Below, piece by piece: positions 51,318 through 60,740 of a stretch of DNA of 64,000 nucleotides (within the stretch, counting starts at the first letter, position 1; each line of letters begins with the position of its first letter). The notes beneath the pieces were generated by a model. The model was not told the DNA's origin. It was given only the letters and a program-made list of their open reading frames with translations, and did no database searches. A program made the position numbers and the translations under genes. This DNA comes from Terriglobia bacterium (GTDB lineage Bacteria > Acidobacteriota > Terriglobia > Terriglobales > Acidobacteriaceae), in NCBI GenBank assembly GCA_020073645.1, contig JAIQET010000020.1, forward strand, positions 457 to 64,456, read 5' to 3'.

Positions 51318-51397
51318 CCCAATTTTCAATTGCCGACTGCCAATTGAAGACCGCGCTAGCCATGCGGAGCTTCGGGACAAATTGGCAATTGACAATT
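51318..51397. repeat. composite hairpin built from CAATTG-containing words in the pilT-moeA spacer
   Basis: CCCAATTTTCAATTGCC pairs with GGCAATTGACAATT. Inside are nested CCAATT..GAAG/CTTC..AATTGG and CCGC/GCGG pairs. Confidence 0.6.
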
Positions 51398-51431
51398 CTT
51401 GTCCTCCTGCGCCTGTCGTATCATCTCCTGC

Positions 51432-52718
51432 ATGGCTGCCCAACCCGAGCCCTCCTTGATCCTGAGCTTTGAGGACGCGCGTCACCTGGTGGAGGAGCAT
51501 GCTGCGCGCCTGCGTCCACGGGGCAAGGAACTGGTCGAGTTGCTCGACAGCGTGGGACAGGTGTTGGCGGAGCCGGTGATCGCCGACCGCAACTTCCCTC
51601 CTTTTCCGCGCGCCACGCGTGACGGCTACGCGGTACGGACCGCCGACCTGGCGAAGCTTCCTGCCAAACTTGAAGTGATTGGTGAAATCAAGGCCGGGGT
51701 GGCTCCCGCCGATGTTCCTGTCAAGCTCGAGCCGGGGCAGGCAGCCGGGATCATGACGGGCGCTCCTGCACCCACTGGAGCCGACGCCGTGGTGATGGTG
51801 GAGTACACCTCGCGCAAGGACAATACGGTCGAGATCACAAAGGGGGTTGCCGCGGGCGACAACATTGTGCCGGTCGGTTCCGAGGCGAAGCGTGGGGAAC
51901 GCCTGCTTTCTCCAGGCATGCGGTTGGACCACGCCGCGATTGCGGTGGCGGCCTCGGTGGGGAGAAGCCATCTGCTGGTGTACGCCAAGCCTCAGGTTGC
52001 CGTGCTTTCTACCGGGGACGAGGTAGTGGATATAGATGTTCCGCCGGGGCCCAACCAGATTCGCAATTCCAATACCTATTCGTTGGCTGCGCAAATCCTG
52101 GCGGCGGGCGGTGAGCCGGTTCTGCTGCCGATCGCGCCGGACGAACCCGGACGCTTGCGCGAGTTGATCTCTGACGGATTCGAGGCCGACCTGCTGGTGC
52201 TGGCCGGGGGCGTGTCCATGGGCAAGTACGACCTGGTGGAGCAGGTGCTGGCGGAGTTTCAAGCAGAGTTCTTTTTTACCGGAGTGCAGATTCAGCCTGG
52301 ACGTCCGCTCGTGTTTGGACGCGTGCCGAGAGACCGGGGGCGGGACGCCCCCGGGACAGCCGGCGAGGACGCCGGCGCTAAGGCTTACTTCTTTGGTCTG
52401 CCGGGGAATCCGGTTTCGACGATGGTGTGTTTTGAGCTGTTCGCGCGGCCGATGCTGGAAGCGCTGGCCGGCGTGGCGCCGCGCAAACTCGTATTCCTGC
52501 ACGCCAAGCTCAAGTCCGACATCCGCACGAAAACCGGGCTCAAGCGTTTCCTGCCGGCGATCTTGTCCGGCGAGTTCGAGCAAGCAGAGGTGGGCCTGGC
52601 GCTCTGGCAGGGATCAGGAGATATCGCAGCCACCGCGAAGGCCAACTGCTACATCGTGATTCCTCCGGACCGCGAGCGAGTCGCCGCAGGCGAGTGGGTT
52701 CCGGTGCTGTTGCGGTAA
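51432..52718 (+). CDS. moeA: molybdopterin molybdotransferase MoeA (with a repeat-derived insertion)
   Basis: MoeA N/MoCF/C-terminal domain pattern: [18 protein letters not shown]. Start taken at ATG 51432. Confidence 0.9.
   Translation: MAAQPEPSLILSFEDARHLVEEHAARLRPRGKELVELLDSVGQVLAEPVIADRNFPPFPRATRDGYAVRTADLAKLPAKLEVIGEIKAGVAPADVPVKLEPGQAAGIMTGAPAPTGADAVVMVEYTSRKDNTVEITKGVAAGDNIVPVGSEAKRGERLLSPGMRLDHAAIAVAASVGRSHLLVYAKPQVAVLSTGDEVVDIDVPPGPNQIRNSNTYSLAAQILAAGGEPVLLPIAPDEPGRLRELISDGFEADLLVLAGGVSMGKYDLVEQVLAEFQAEFFFTGVQIQPGRPLVFGRVPRDRGRDAPGTAGEDAGAKAYFFGLPGNPVSTMVCFELFARPMLEALAGVAPRKLVFLHAKLKSDIRTKTGLKRFLPAILSGEFEQAEVGLALWQGSGDIAATAKANCYIVIPPDRERVAAGEWVPVLLR
52333..52383. repeat. GC-rich tandem-hairpin REP-like element, family A copy 2, inside the moeA reading frame
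   Basis: CCGGGGGCG-GGA-CGCCCCCGG, then GCCGGCG-AGGA-CGCCGGC, followed by GCTAAGG. It is translated as [18 protein letters not shown]. Confidence 0.8.
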
Positions 52719-52756
52719 GAAGGTTTCGACCCTTGCCTGTAAGATGTTTCTGCGCG

Positions 52757-53236
52757 ATGCCCAAGAAGCTTTCCCATTACGATCGCAAAGGCCGGGCCCG
52801 GATGGTGGACGTCTCCGCCAAAGAGCCGACCAGGCGCGAAGCCGAGGCCAGCGCCTTCGTGACGCTGAAACCCGCGGTGCTTAAGGCCTTGCCGAAGAAT
52901 CCCAAGGGCGACCCGCTCGAAGTAGCGCGGCTGGCAGGGATCATGGCCGCGAAGCGGACGTCTGACTTGATCCCCATGTGCCATCCCCTGCCGCTGGCCC
53001 ACGTTGATGTGCGTATGCGGCTGTGCGAGAATGGCGTCGCTATTACCTCGAAAGTTACGACTACCGCGGTGACCGGAGTGGAAATGGAAGCGCTCGTCGC
53101 CGCCAGCGTGGCCGCCCTCACCGTGTACGATATGTGTAAGGCCCTGGACAAGGGCATCGAGATTCGCGAAATCGCGCTCGAGCGCAAGTCCGGAGGCAAG
53201 AGCGGCGGTTACACTCGCACCCGGAAGAGAACGTAG
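52757..53236 (+). CDS. moaC: cyclic pyranopterin monophosphate synthase MoaC
   Basis: [14 protein letters not shown]...[22 protein letters not shown]...[10 protein letters not shown]. Confidence 0.93.
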   Translation: MPKKLSHYDRKGRARMVDVSAKEPTRREAEASAFVTLKPAVLKALPKNPKGDPLEVARLAGIMAAKRTSDLIPMCHPLPLAHVDVRMRLCENGVAITSKVTTTAVTGVEMEALVAASVAALTVYDMCKALDKGIEIREIALERKSGGKSGGYTRTRKRT

Positions 53237-53241
53237 CTGGC

Positions 53242-54009
53242 ATGCCGAACATCGTCAAAGTCCTGCTGGTGGATGACAATCCCATGATCCTGGGGATGCT
53301 CCGTGGCGCCTTGAGTCAACACGCCATCGTTGCCACCGCGAGTGACGGGGCCGACGCCCTCCTCAAGGCCGTGGATGATCCTCCCGACCTGCTGGTCAGC
53401 GACTATCGCATGCCCGGCATGGATGGCCGCCAGTTGGTGGAAAAGCTCAAGAGCCGCCCGGCGACCGCCGGGGTTTCTGTGATCCTGCTGGCCAGCAAGG
53501 CCGATATCACCGAAAAACTCCATTCGCAGGACCCAGCCGACGATTTCGTGGAAAAGCCGTTCTTCCTCAAAGAAGCGACTCACCGCATCAAGCGGGTGAT
53601 TGACAAGATCGCGCTGGAAAAGATGGCCAAGTCGGTGGCTTCCGACGGCGTGCTGCGCGGCAGCTTGACGCAGATGAACGTGATTGACCTGGTGCAGTCG
53701 CTGGAGATGGGCCGCAAGAGTTGTCTGCTCACGCTCACCAATGATGATGAGAAGTGCGAGATGTACTTCAGCGAAGGCCAGGTGACGCACGCGGCCTACG
53801 GTTCGCTGACCGGCGACGCGGCGGTGTTCAAGGTGCTGCGCTGGACGGGCGGCAATTTTCAGATCAACTTCGAAGCCAAGACTACGCAACAGACCACGAC
53901 CTTGAACACCCAAGGTCTGCTGATGGAAGGCCTGCGCCTGCTCGACGAGTCCGCACGGGATGGCGGTGGGACGGAGGAGGAAGAAGAAGATGTCCTCCTC
54001 GACAGCTGA
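53242..54009 (+). CDS. response regulator: CheY-like receiver + C-terminal DUF4388 (PATAN-like) domain
   Basis: Receiver residues LLVDDN, LLVSDYRMPGMDG and VEKPF. The C-terminus has LRGSLTQMNVIDLVQSLEMGRKSCLLTL...FSEGQVTHA...AVFKVLRW..G.F. Confidence 0.85.
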   Translation: MPNIVKVLLVDDNPMILGMLRGALSQHAIVATASDGADALLKAVDDPPDLLVSDYRMPGMDGRQLVEKLKSRPATAGVSVILLASKADITEKLHSQDPADDFVEKPFFLKEATHRIKRVIDKIALEKMAKSVASDGVLRGSLTQMNVIDLVQSLEMGRKSCLLTLTNDDEKCEMYFSEGQVTHAAYGSLTGDAAVFKVLRWTGGNFQINFEAKTTQQTTTLNTQGLLMEGLRLLDESARDGGGTEEEEEDVLLDS

Positions 54010-54487
54010 AACGCTGACCGCGGCCGTACTCACCGTGAGCGATTCTTCCGCGCGCGGCCAGCGGGCCGACCTCTCCGGACCCGCGGTGGCCGAAGCCCTG
54101 CGCAAGCGGAGTTTTGCCGTAGTCCAAACCGAGATCGTCCCCGACGAGCAGCCGGCCATTCAGAACGCGATTACGCGGCTGGCGGGAACCGCGCGCCTGG
54201 TGGTGACCACCGGTGGCACGGGAATCGCCGAGCGCGATGTTACGCCCGAAGCCACCCGCGCCGTCTGCGAACGCTTGCTGGAAGGGGTGGCGGAGCGGAT
54301 GCGCCTGGAGGGAGCCAAGAAAACACCCTTCGCCGTACTCAGCCGCGGCGTGTGTGGAGTGCACGGGAAATCTGTAATCCTGAACTTGCCGGGCAGTCCA
54401 GCGGGCGCTGTTGAGTCGCTCGAAGCCGTGATCGGCTTGCTGCCGCATGCGCTGCAATTGTTGAGCGGGAATACGGAGCACACGTAG
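53990..54487 (+). CDS. mog: molybdenum cofactor biosynthesis protein MogA/MoaB (MoCF_biosynth domain)
   Basis: AAVLTVSDS..RG...D.SGP...VVTTGGTGIAERDVTPEAT...NLPGSPAG. Overlaps the response-regulator gene by 20 nt. Confidence 0.88.
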   Translation: MSSSTAETLTAAVLTVSDSSARGQRADLSGPAVAEALRKRSFAVVQTEIVPDEQPAIQNAITRLAGTARLVVTTGGTGIAERDVTPEATRAVCERLLEGVAERMRLEGAKKTPFAVLSRGVCGVHGKSVILNLPGSPAGAVESLEAVIGLLPHALQLLSGNTEHT

Positions 54488-54532
54488 GCCATGGTTCCTG
54501 CCCGCTTTCGCGTACACTGCTGACTTACCGTT

Positions 54533-55183
54533 TTGAAGACCATCAAGCACATTTTCGCCCGCTATTCGGCACTGCTGTGGGCGTTGCTAAAGCCCCTGGG
54601 GGCGTGGGGAGTGTTCGCCATCGCCGCCCTCGATGGCAGCTTGCTCGGCCTGCCGGTGGACGCCATCGTCGCCGGCTACGTATACACGGACCGTTCCCGG
54701 TTCCTGCTGTACGTTTTCATGGCATCGGCAGGATCAGTGCTGGGCAGCATTGTCATCTACATCATCGGGTACACGGGGGGCGAAGCCTTGCTCCGCAAAC
54801 GCATTCCACCGGAGCGCTTCGCGAAGATCCACGCCGGATTCGAAAAGCATCCCTTCTGGACGCTGATGTTTCCCGCCATGCTTCCGCCTCCGACGCCGTT
54901 CAAGTTGTTTGTTCTGGCGGCATCGGTTTCCGAAATGCAGTTCGGCCACTTCCTGCTGGCAATCTTTGCCGGACGCCTGGTGCGCTTCACGGTGCTGGCG
55001 CTGCTGACCTTGAAGTTCGGTCCCGACATTGTGCAGATTACGGGCGAAATCTTCCGTCAGCATTTCAGTTGGGTGCTGGCAGCCGTGGCGGTGGGATTGG
55101 TGATCTGGCTGGTAGTGCGCCGGCTGAGGCGAAAATCTAAGACATTCACCGCCGAGACCGCGGAGAACGCCGAGAAGAAATGA
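54533..55183 (+). CDS. DedA/YqaA-family (SNARE-associated) membrane protein
   Basis: TTG start, 5-6 TM segments and a YqaA-like pattern (AALDGSLLGLPVDA...PPPTPFKLFVLAA). Confidence 0.7.
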   Translation: MKTIKHIFARYSALLWALLKPLGAWGVFAIAALDGSLLGLPVDAIVAGYVYTDRSRFLLYVFMASAGSVLGSIVIYIIGYTGGEALLRKRIPPERFAKIHAGFEKHPFWTLMFPAMLPPPTPFKLFVLAASVSEMQFGHFLLAIFAGRLVRFTVLALLTLKFGPDIVQITGEIFRQHFSWVLAAVAVGLVIWLVVRRLRRKSKTFTAETAENAEKK

Positions 55184-55218
55184 CCTCGGCTTACCCGGCG
55201 ATCCCGGCGGCAGATCTC

Positions 55219-55773
55219 TCAGGCCGCGGCGGTGTGGTCGCTTTCTTTGCTGAAGATCCCAGCCAGCGCGTGCAGGGCCACCGGGGTGGCGAACATCGCG
55301 ACGGTGAAGAGCAGATCGCCTTCAATGGCACGACGGAAAAACGGCAAACCCGCGGCGTAGGACATCATCAGCCCGCCCAGGTTCTTCGGATACATGTCCC
55401 AGGCAGCCCACACGGCCAGGTTGCTCAGCAGAAAGAAGGAAGCCGAACTGGCCAGGGCCGCCCCAATCACGCGCAGCGGGGTCACTTTCGCGCCTAGTTT
55501 CGTGCCCAGCCACAGGATGGCCGCGTACCAAACCCAAGTCACAAAGTGATCCCAGGAGAACGGGTAAGCGTAGAACACCTTGGTCAGGATGACGTCGGAA
55601 GCGGCCAGCAGCACGAGCGGCACCCACATCTGGCGGCGTGGTCCGCGGGCGCCGAAGAACAGCAGCGATCCGGCCACCGGGGTGAAGGCCAAAGGATGGG
55701 GAAGGAAGCGCACGGCCACGGCGAACAGCACAAACAAGTAAGCCAGCATGATCACCTCGACAATTCCAAGCAA
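55219..55773 (-). CDS. integral membrane protein, unknown function
   Basis: 184-aa ORF that is hydrophobic throughout. It does not overlap any recognised gene. Confidence 0.6.
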   Translation of the reverse strand: MLGIVEVIMLAYLFVLFAVAVRFLPHPLAFTPVAGSLLFFGARGPRRQMWVPLVLLAASDVILTKVFYAYPFSWDHFVTWVWYAAILWLGTKLGAKVTPLRVIGAALASSASFFLLSNLAVWAAWDMYPKNLGGLMMSYAAGLPFFRRAIEGDLLFTVAMFATPVALHALAGIFSKESDHTAAA

Positions 55774-55830
55774 CGATTGTGGCGCGTGAAAGGGACAACG
55801 TCAAGCCGGAGACTTGCGAAAAGCATCGCC

Positions 55831-56970
55831 TCACGGCTCGCTGTCGTCCTTGGCAGGCTTTTTCGCCGGCGGCGTCAGCTCCGGCACGTACAGTCCAGCC
55901 ACGTGGTGGGTGATGTCGTCCGGATGGGAGCCGGCCAGGTTGGTGAGCACGACGACCGTCAGCTTGTCGTCCACATAACGGGAGATGTTGGTGGTGAAGC
56001 CCTGCCAGGCGCCTTCGTGTTCGATGACACGATGGCCGCGCATGTCGTCGATGAACCAACCGAATCCGTAGTGGCCTGAGTCAGGTTCGCCGTTGTTCAG
56101 CTTGGCCACGGTCCACATCTGGTCCAGGCTGGATCGCTTCAGCAGCCTGTCGGTGTATAGCGCCGCGTCCCACTTTGCCAGGTCCAGGATGGAGAAATAC
56201 AGGCTGCCATCCGCCGTGGTATTCAGCGTAGGCGCAACCCACTCCTGGTTCTTCAATTCTCCTTTGACCAGGACATATCCGGCGGCACGGTTGGGGATGA
56301 CGTCGGCCTCGCTGATGATGCGGGTCGTAGTCATTCCCAGCGGCTGGAAGACCCGCTCCTGCAGAAAGTCGCCATAAAACTTGCCGGTTACGCGATGAAT
56401 CAGAATTCCTAAGGTCGCGTATCCCAGGTTTGCGTAGCTGTACTTGGTTCCCGGCGGGAAGGCCAGCGGGATAGCTTCAATGGCTTTCAGAATCTCGTCT
56501 TCGGTTCGGTCCTGGCGGAAGTTGAAGTTCTCCGGGTAGTCCGTAAAGCCGGCGGTGTGACTCAAGAGCTGGCGCACGGTAACCTGGTTCCAGGCGGCAG
56601 GGGCATCGGTGAAGTACTTGGTGATGGGATCGTCCAAGTGGATTCTTCCTTCTTCCACGAGCATCATGACCGCGGTCGCGGTGAACTGCTTGCCCATGGA
56701 GCCCGACTGAAACAGGGTCTCCGGCTTGACCGGAACCTGCAGCTCGACGTTGGACATGCCATATCCCTGCGCCCGCACGACTTTGCCGTCACGAGCTACC
56801 AGCAGGGCCAATCCCGGGATTTTCCGCTTCTGCATCTCGGCCTGGATGTACTGGTCGACGGGGTCGGAAGGGGTCTGGGCCAAGGCAGCGCTGGCCAGCA
56901 GGAAGAGGCAGGTGATCCAGACAATGCAGGAGCGCGATCTCAAATTTCCCTCCAGGGACGCAGTATGCAC
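55831..56970 (-). CDS. secreted serine hydrolase of the beta-lactamase/class C PBP family
   Basis: Signal peptide, SxxK motif (SGSMGKQF) and a YAN-type second motif (YSYANLGY). Confidence 0.85.
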   Translation of the reverse strand: MHTASLEGNLRSRSCIVWITCLFLLASAALAQTPSDPVDQYIQAEMQKRKIPGLALLVARDGKVVRAQGYGMSNVELQVPVKPETLFQSGSMGKQFTATAVMMLVEEGRIHLDDPITKYFTDAPAAWNQVTVRQLLSHTAGFTDYPENFNFRQDRTEDEILKAIEAIPLAFPPGTKYSYANLGYATLGILIHRVTGKFYGDFLQERVFQPLGMTTTRIISEADVIPNRAAGYVLVKGELKNQEWVAPTLNTTADGSLYFSILDLAKWDAALYTDRLLKRSSLDQMWTVAKLNNGEPDSGHYGFGWFIDDMRGHRVIEHEGAWQGFTTNISRYVDDKLTVVVLTNLAGSHPDDITHHVAGLYVPELTPPAKKPAKDDSEP

Positions 56971-56988
56971 GCAGGCTGTAAGGGTTTT

Positions 56989-58110
56989 CTAGCGCGTGCC
57001 GCCCGGACTCGCGCCGCGGCCCGACAAGACCCTGCGACGCATTCCAAACCTCTCTGCGACTACGTTCAGGTTGCGATCGAGTTCCACGCCCGCGCCAAGC
57101 GGACTCCGTCCCATCCGGCCGGGGTAATCGTACCTGAGATCACGGAAGCGCACGAGATAGCCCGGCTGCGGGTTTTCCAGTTCCTCGGTTTCTGTAACGG
57201 GATACTTCGCCCAGTCTAGATACACCCGACCCAGGTAGCTCTTCTTGGCCGACAGCGTCACGGCCGTCTCCTCGGGCTTATAGCGGATGCGCATCCGCCC
57301 GTCCGGATCAACATCGCCCGCAGAGGAATCTACCGACGTTTGCGCAAAGAAATTGCTGGTTTCGACCACGCCGTACCACTGGAATGGATTCCACATGTAG
57401 GGATAGGCCGAAGCCCGGATGGGATCGGCGTCCTTGTAAAGGCGCGCTTCGAGCGCGTTTACCGCCCGGCGATGCTCGTAGTCGCGGACACCCCACAGCG
57501 CGACCACCCCGAGCATCGCCAGGGTTGCCGCCACGCGTCCCTGCGGGCCTTTGCGGCGTCCGCTGATTTCCTGGTTGATCAAGGAGAACAGCCCGGTCAA
57601 CAACAAACCCCCAGCCAGGAAAATGAGCATGACCGGTTCAATAATGAACACGATGTCCCACGAGTACCATTTCTCAGAAAACGGCCAGAACGGACGTACT
57701 CCGTAATTGTTGGTGAAGTCGAGCAGGATGTGGGTCAGCCCGGCCAGATAGGCATACCCAAACAGCAATCCCCAGCGCGGCGGCAGGTTGGGATCCTTGA
57801 TCTTGCGCCCGCGCATCCGCCAAATCAAGTACATGAGACCGACCACCACGGCCGATACCAGGGCGATGCCCAGGAAGGAATGCGTAAACCCGCGATGATG
57901 AGCAAATCCGAAGGCCGGACCCTTGAAACTGCCGAGCACGTCGAGGTCGGGCGCCTCTGCTGCCAGGGTAAGAGTAGCCGTGGCCAGCGCCGTCTTGCGA
58001 TTCAGCCCGGCACGTCCCATGCAGGCGCCGGTCAGAAAGTGGGTGATGGGTTCCAAAGTTCGGCGAATGCCCTCGGGTGTCGAGTTACAGAGAATACATT
58101 GACCGCGCAC
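56989..58110 (-). CDS. membrane-bound metal-dependent hydrolase (YdjM/DUF457-like) with C-terminal extension
   Basis: ITHFLTGACMG...HRGFTHSFLG pattern plus TM helices. The start is uncertain (possibly TTG 58056). Confidence 0.65.
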   Translation of the reverse strand: MRGQCILCNSTPEGIRRTLEPITHFLTGACMGRAGLNRKTALATATLTLAAEAPDLDVLGSFKGPAFGFAHHRGFTHSFLGIALVSAVVVGLMYLIWRMRGRKIKDPNLPPRWGLLFGYAYLAGLTHILLDFTNNYGVRPFWPFSEKWYSWDIVFIIEPVMLIFLAGGLLLTGLFSLINQEISGRRKGPQGRVAATLAMLGVVALWGVRDYEHRRAVNALEARLYKDADPIRASAYPYMWNPFQWYGVVETSNFFAQTSVDSSAGDVDPDGRMRIRYKPEETAVTLSAKKSYLGRVYLDWAKYPVTETEELENPQPGYLVRFRDLRYDYPGRMGRSPLGAGVELDRNLNVVAERFGMRRRVLSGRGASPGGTR

Positions 58111-58189
58111 TCCTCAGTCAAAAACGTTTAGATGAACCGTTCCAAGCTACCGATGCAGCCCTTGCTCTTGTACCATTGTGTTCACGCGT

Positions 58190-58645
58190 ATGAAAACTCT
58201 CCTCAATCCCAGGGACAAAGAAGAAATTATTGCGCGGCTGGCAAGAATTCAGCCCGCCAGCGAACGGCGATGGGGTAAGATGTCGGCCCCTCAGATGGTG
58301 TGCCACCTGAGCGATTCCTTCCGCGGTCCCATGGGAGAGAGGACCGTGATGCCTGCGCCTTGGTTTGCGCGAGGGTTGGTGAAGTGGTTTGCGCTCTATA
58401 TTCCGCTCCCTTGGCCCAAAGGGTTCAAGACTCGGCCGGAGATGGACCAGCAGATTGGCGGCACACCGCCCGCGGAGTTTGAAGCCGACATGCGCGAGTT
58501 GCGCGGGCTTCTGGATCGCTTCACCCGCCAGCCCAAAGACTTCGAATGGCGTCCGCACCCCGTCTTTGGCTCCATGTCGGACAAGGACTGGCAGCGCTGG
58601 GGCTATCTGCACATGGATCATCATCTGCGACAGTTCGGCGCGTAG
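58190..58645 (+). CDS. DUF1569 (DinB-fold) protein
   Basis: RWGKMSAPQMVCHLSD...HPVFGSMSDKDWQRWGYLHMDHHLRQFG. Confidence 0.75.
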   Translation: MKTLLNPRDKEEIIARLARIQPASERRWGKMSAPQMVCHLSDSFRGPMGERTVMPAPWFARGLVKWFALYIPLPWPKGFKTRPEMDQQIGGTPPAEFEADMRELRGLLDRFTRQPKDFEWRPHPVFGSMSDKDWQRWGYLHMDHHLRQFGA

Positions 58646-58718
58646 GTTCTGAAATCTTGGCGTATCATCGGAAGTTCAAATTCAGGACGAACCGTCACTT
58701 GGCCAGTAATCGGGAGCC

Positions 58719-59096
58719 ATGCCCATGCTGCGCAGTGTGATTGCGGTGATAGCGGGTTACCTGGTGTTCTCTGCTTCCGCGGTGGCCCTTTTCAAGATCT
58801 CCGGCCACGACCCGCACGCACCGGCCGGCTGGGTCTTCATGGGGTTGAGCGTTCTCTATGGAATGTTTTTCGCGGCCGTTGGCGGCTTTGTTTCCGCCTG
58901 GCTTGGCCGGCGCTGGGAGTTTGAGCATTCACTCGCAGTGGCGGGCTTGATCGCGGCGAGTGGCGCAGCCTCTCTAGTCGCTCGCCCGGGACAGGGTGCG
59001 CTTTGGACGCAACTCGCTGCTGTGCTCATCATGGCGCCCATGGCGATGGCCGGGGGTTATCTGCGGCTGCGGCAGGTGGGCTCCACGATAGAGTGA
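58719..59096 (+). CDS. small membrane protein, unknown function
   Basis: 125-aa ORF with four hydrophobic helices and no competing gene. Confidence 0.5.
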   Translation: MPMLRSVIAVIAGYLVFSASAVALFKISGHDPHAPAGWVFMGLSVLYGMFFAAVGGFVSAWLGRRWEFEHSLAVAGLIAASGAASLVARPGQGALWTQLAAVLIMAPMAMAGGYLRLRQVGSTIE

Positions 59097-59097
59097 C

Positions 59098-60030
59098 TCA
59101 GGGCGCCAGCAGCATCACCGCATCCGGAATCATGGTGATCTCCGCCGGCACGGTTCCTAACAGTTCTCCATCCGCCTCCACAAAGATTCGTGATTCCGGC
59201 TGGGATTCCGGAGTGCGGCAGGTCACGCGATCGCCGTCTGCGAGTTCGATCCCAGTTCCACTCCATGTCGTCGCCAACAGGCCACGGATGATGTAGCGCA
59301 GATAAGTGATCCGGCTACGGGTGTGAAAGAGCACGAGGCGCAAGTCGGTGCGCTTGAGAGAGGCGCCGGGGGCCAGTTCCCGCAGCACGCCGCCGAAGGT
59401 CCGGATACGAACCGCCAATAGCTGAGAGACGCTGGCCTGTCGCACGACTCCGCCTGACCAAACTTCGACAGGGAATTTCTCTAACGGGTGGGTCAGCCAC
59501 AGCCCCGTTGCCTTGGCGTAATAAGCTGCCATGCCCAGGCGGCTCTTGGCCTGCGGGTTCAATTTGTAGAACAGGTGCGCATCCACCCCGACACCCACGG
59601 CGACCGTGAAGTAGCGCGAGTTGCGGTTGCCGGAGAAGTCGCGGTATTCCACTCGGCCTACGGCAATACGCCGGGCCTTCGCTCTGAGGGCGGCGCGAGC
59701 CGCCGGAACGGGTGAGAGTGGGAGTTCCAGGTCATGGGCAAGGGCATTGGCCGTGCCCAGCGGAATAATTCCCAGGGCCGCACGGCTGCCGACCATGCCT
59801 TGCAACACATCGTGCACCGTGCCGTCGCCACCGCAGGCGAAGATCGTGTCGCAACCTTCGGCGATCGCCTCCCGGGCCTGGCCACCGGTTTCCGCCGCGG
59901 AGCGCGTAGGAGTGGCGACGACCTCTACTCCGGCGGAGCGCAGCACTTGCGCGGCCGCCTCCACATCCGCCAGTCGCCGTTCGCGCCGGCCTCCGGAGAG
60001 CGGGTTGTAGAGGAAAGCGGCCTTGCGCAT
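59098..60030 (-). CDS. diacylglycerol-kinase-family lipid kinase (YegS/BmrU type)
   Basis: FACGGDGTVHDV and IPLGTANALA motifs. Confidence 0.88.
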   Translation of the reverse strand: MRKAAFLYNPLSGGRRERRLADVEAAAQVLRSAGVEVVATPTRSAAETGGQAREAIAEGCDTIFACGGDGTVHDVLQGMVGSRAALGIIPLGTANALAHDLELPLSPVPAARAALRAKARRIAVGRVEYRDFSGNRNSRYFTVAVGVGVDAHLFYKLNPQAKSRLGMAAYYAKATGLWLTHPLEKFPVEVWSGGVVRQASVSQLLAVRIRTFGGVLRELAPGASLKRTDLRLVLFHTRSRITYLRYIIRGLLATTWSGTGIELADGDRVTCRTPESQPESRIFVEADGELLGTVPAEITMIPDAVMLLAP

Positions 60031-60095
60031 GGCGTAGGGACGACGAAGATGGATTGTACTGGAAGGCTGGAGTCATCCTCACGCCGGCATGGTGC

Positions 60096-60593
60096 CTATT
60101 TCCCACGCGTTCCCCATTCCCACATGCCAAACATCGCCTTCTGCGACAAAGGGTGGCCGACCTGGCGGGCCAGCATGCAAATCTGGCCGCGATGGTGGGC
60201 ATCATGGGCGACCAGGTAGCCGAAGAACCCCGCCACATCAGGGCGGAAGCCCTTCACGCGGCCGTCGCCTTCGAGGGACGCCTTCAGCACCGCGCTGAGC
60301 GCTGCCCGACTTTGTTCCAGTCCCTTGGCCGCCTGCGCCGCAGTCACCGTGCTGCGGTCCAGTTGCTCGGGAATCTTGCTTCCCTTGGCCGCGGCCTTCA
60401 GCCACATCACGCGCACGTTGTGCATATGGGCCACAATGGCGGCGATGGTGCGTCCCTTCCCTTCGGGCGGCTCGGCGCGCCACGCCTCGGCGGGCAGGTT
60501 CTCCAGCATGTATTGGTTGATGCGGTCATTAGTGTCAAACGCGTTCAGCAACGATTGCGGCAGTGGAACTGGAGGCATAGCTGTTTTCGGCAT
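60096..60593 (-). CDS. DinB-family protein
   Basis: IVAHMHNVR...YLVAHDAHHRGQI His triad pattern. The start is 60593 (GGGGG upstream) or 60659. Confidence 0.75.
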   Translation of the reverse strand: MPKTAMPPVPLPQSLLNAFDTNDRINQYMLENLPAEAWRAEPPEGKGRTIAAIVAHMHNVRVMWLKAAAKGSKIPEQLDRSTVTAAQAAKGLEQSRAALSAVLKASLEGDGRVKGFRPDVAGFFGYLVAHDAHHRGQICMLARQVGHPLSQKAMFGMWEWGTRGK

Positions 60594-60740
60594 GAAGGCC
60601 CCCTGGATTTGGGCCAACAGCTTAACAGGCTCAAGCAACTCCATTGCGTGCCAGCGCACTTTTGGCTAATCTAGTGGCAACCGGGGCGCCATTCGTAGGC
60701 CATATCTCCTTTTTCAGAGATCTCAAGGAGGATCATCCAC

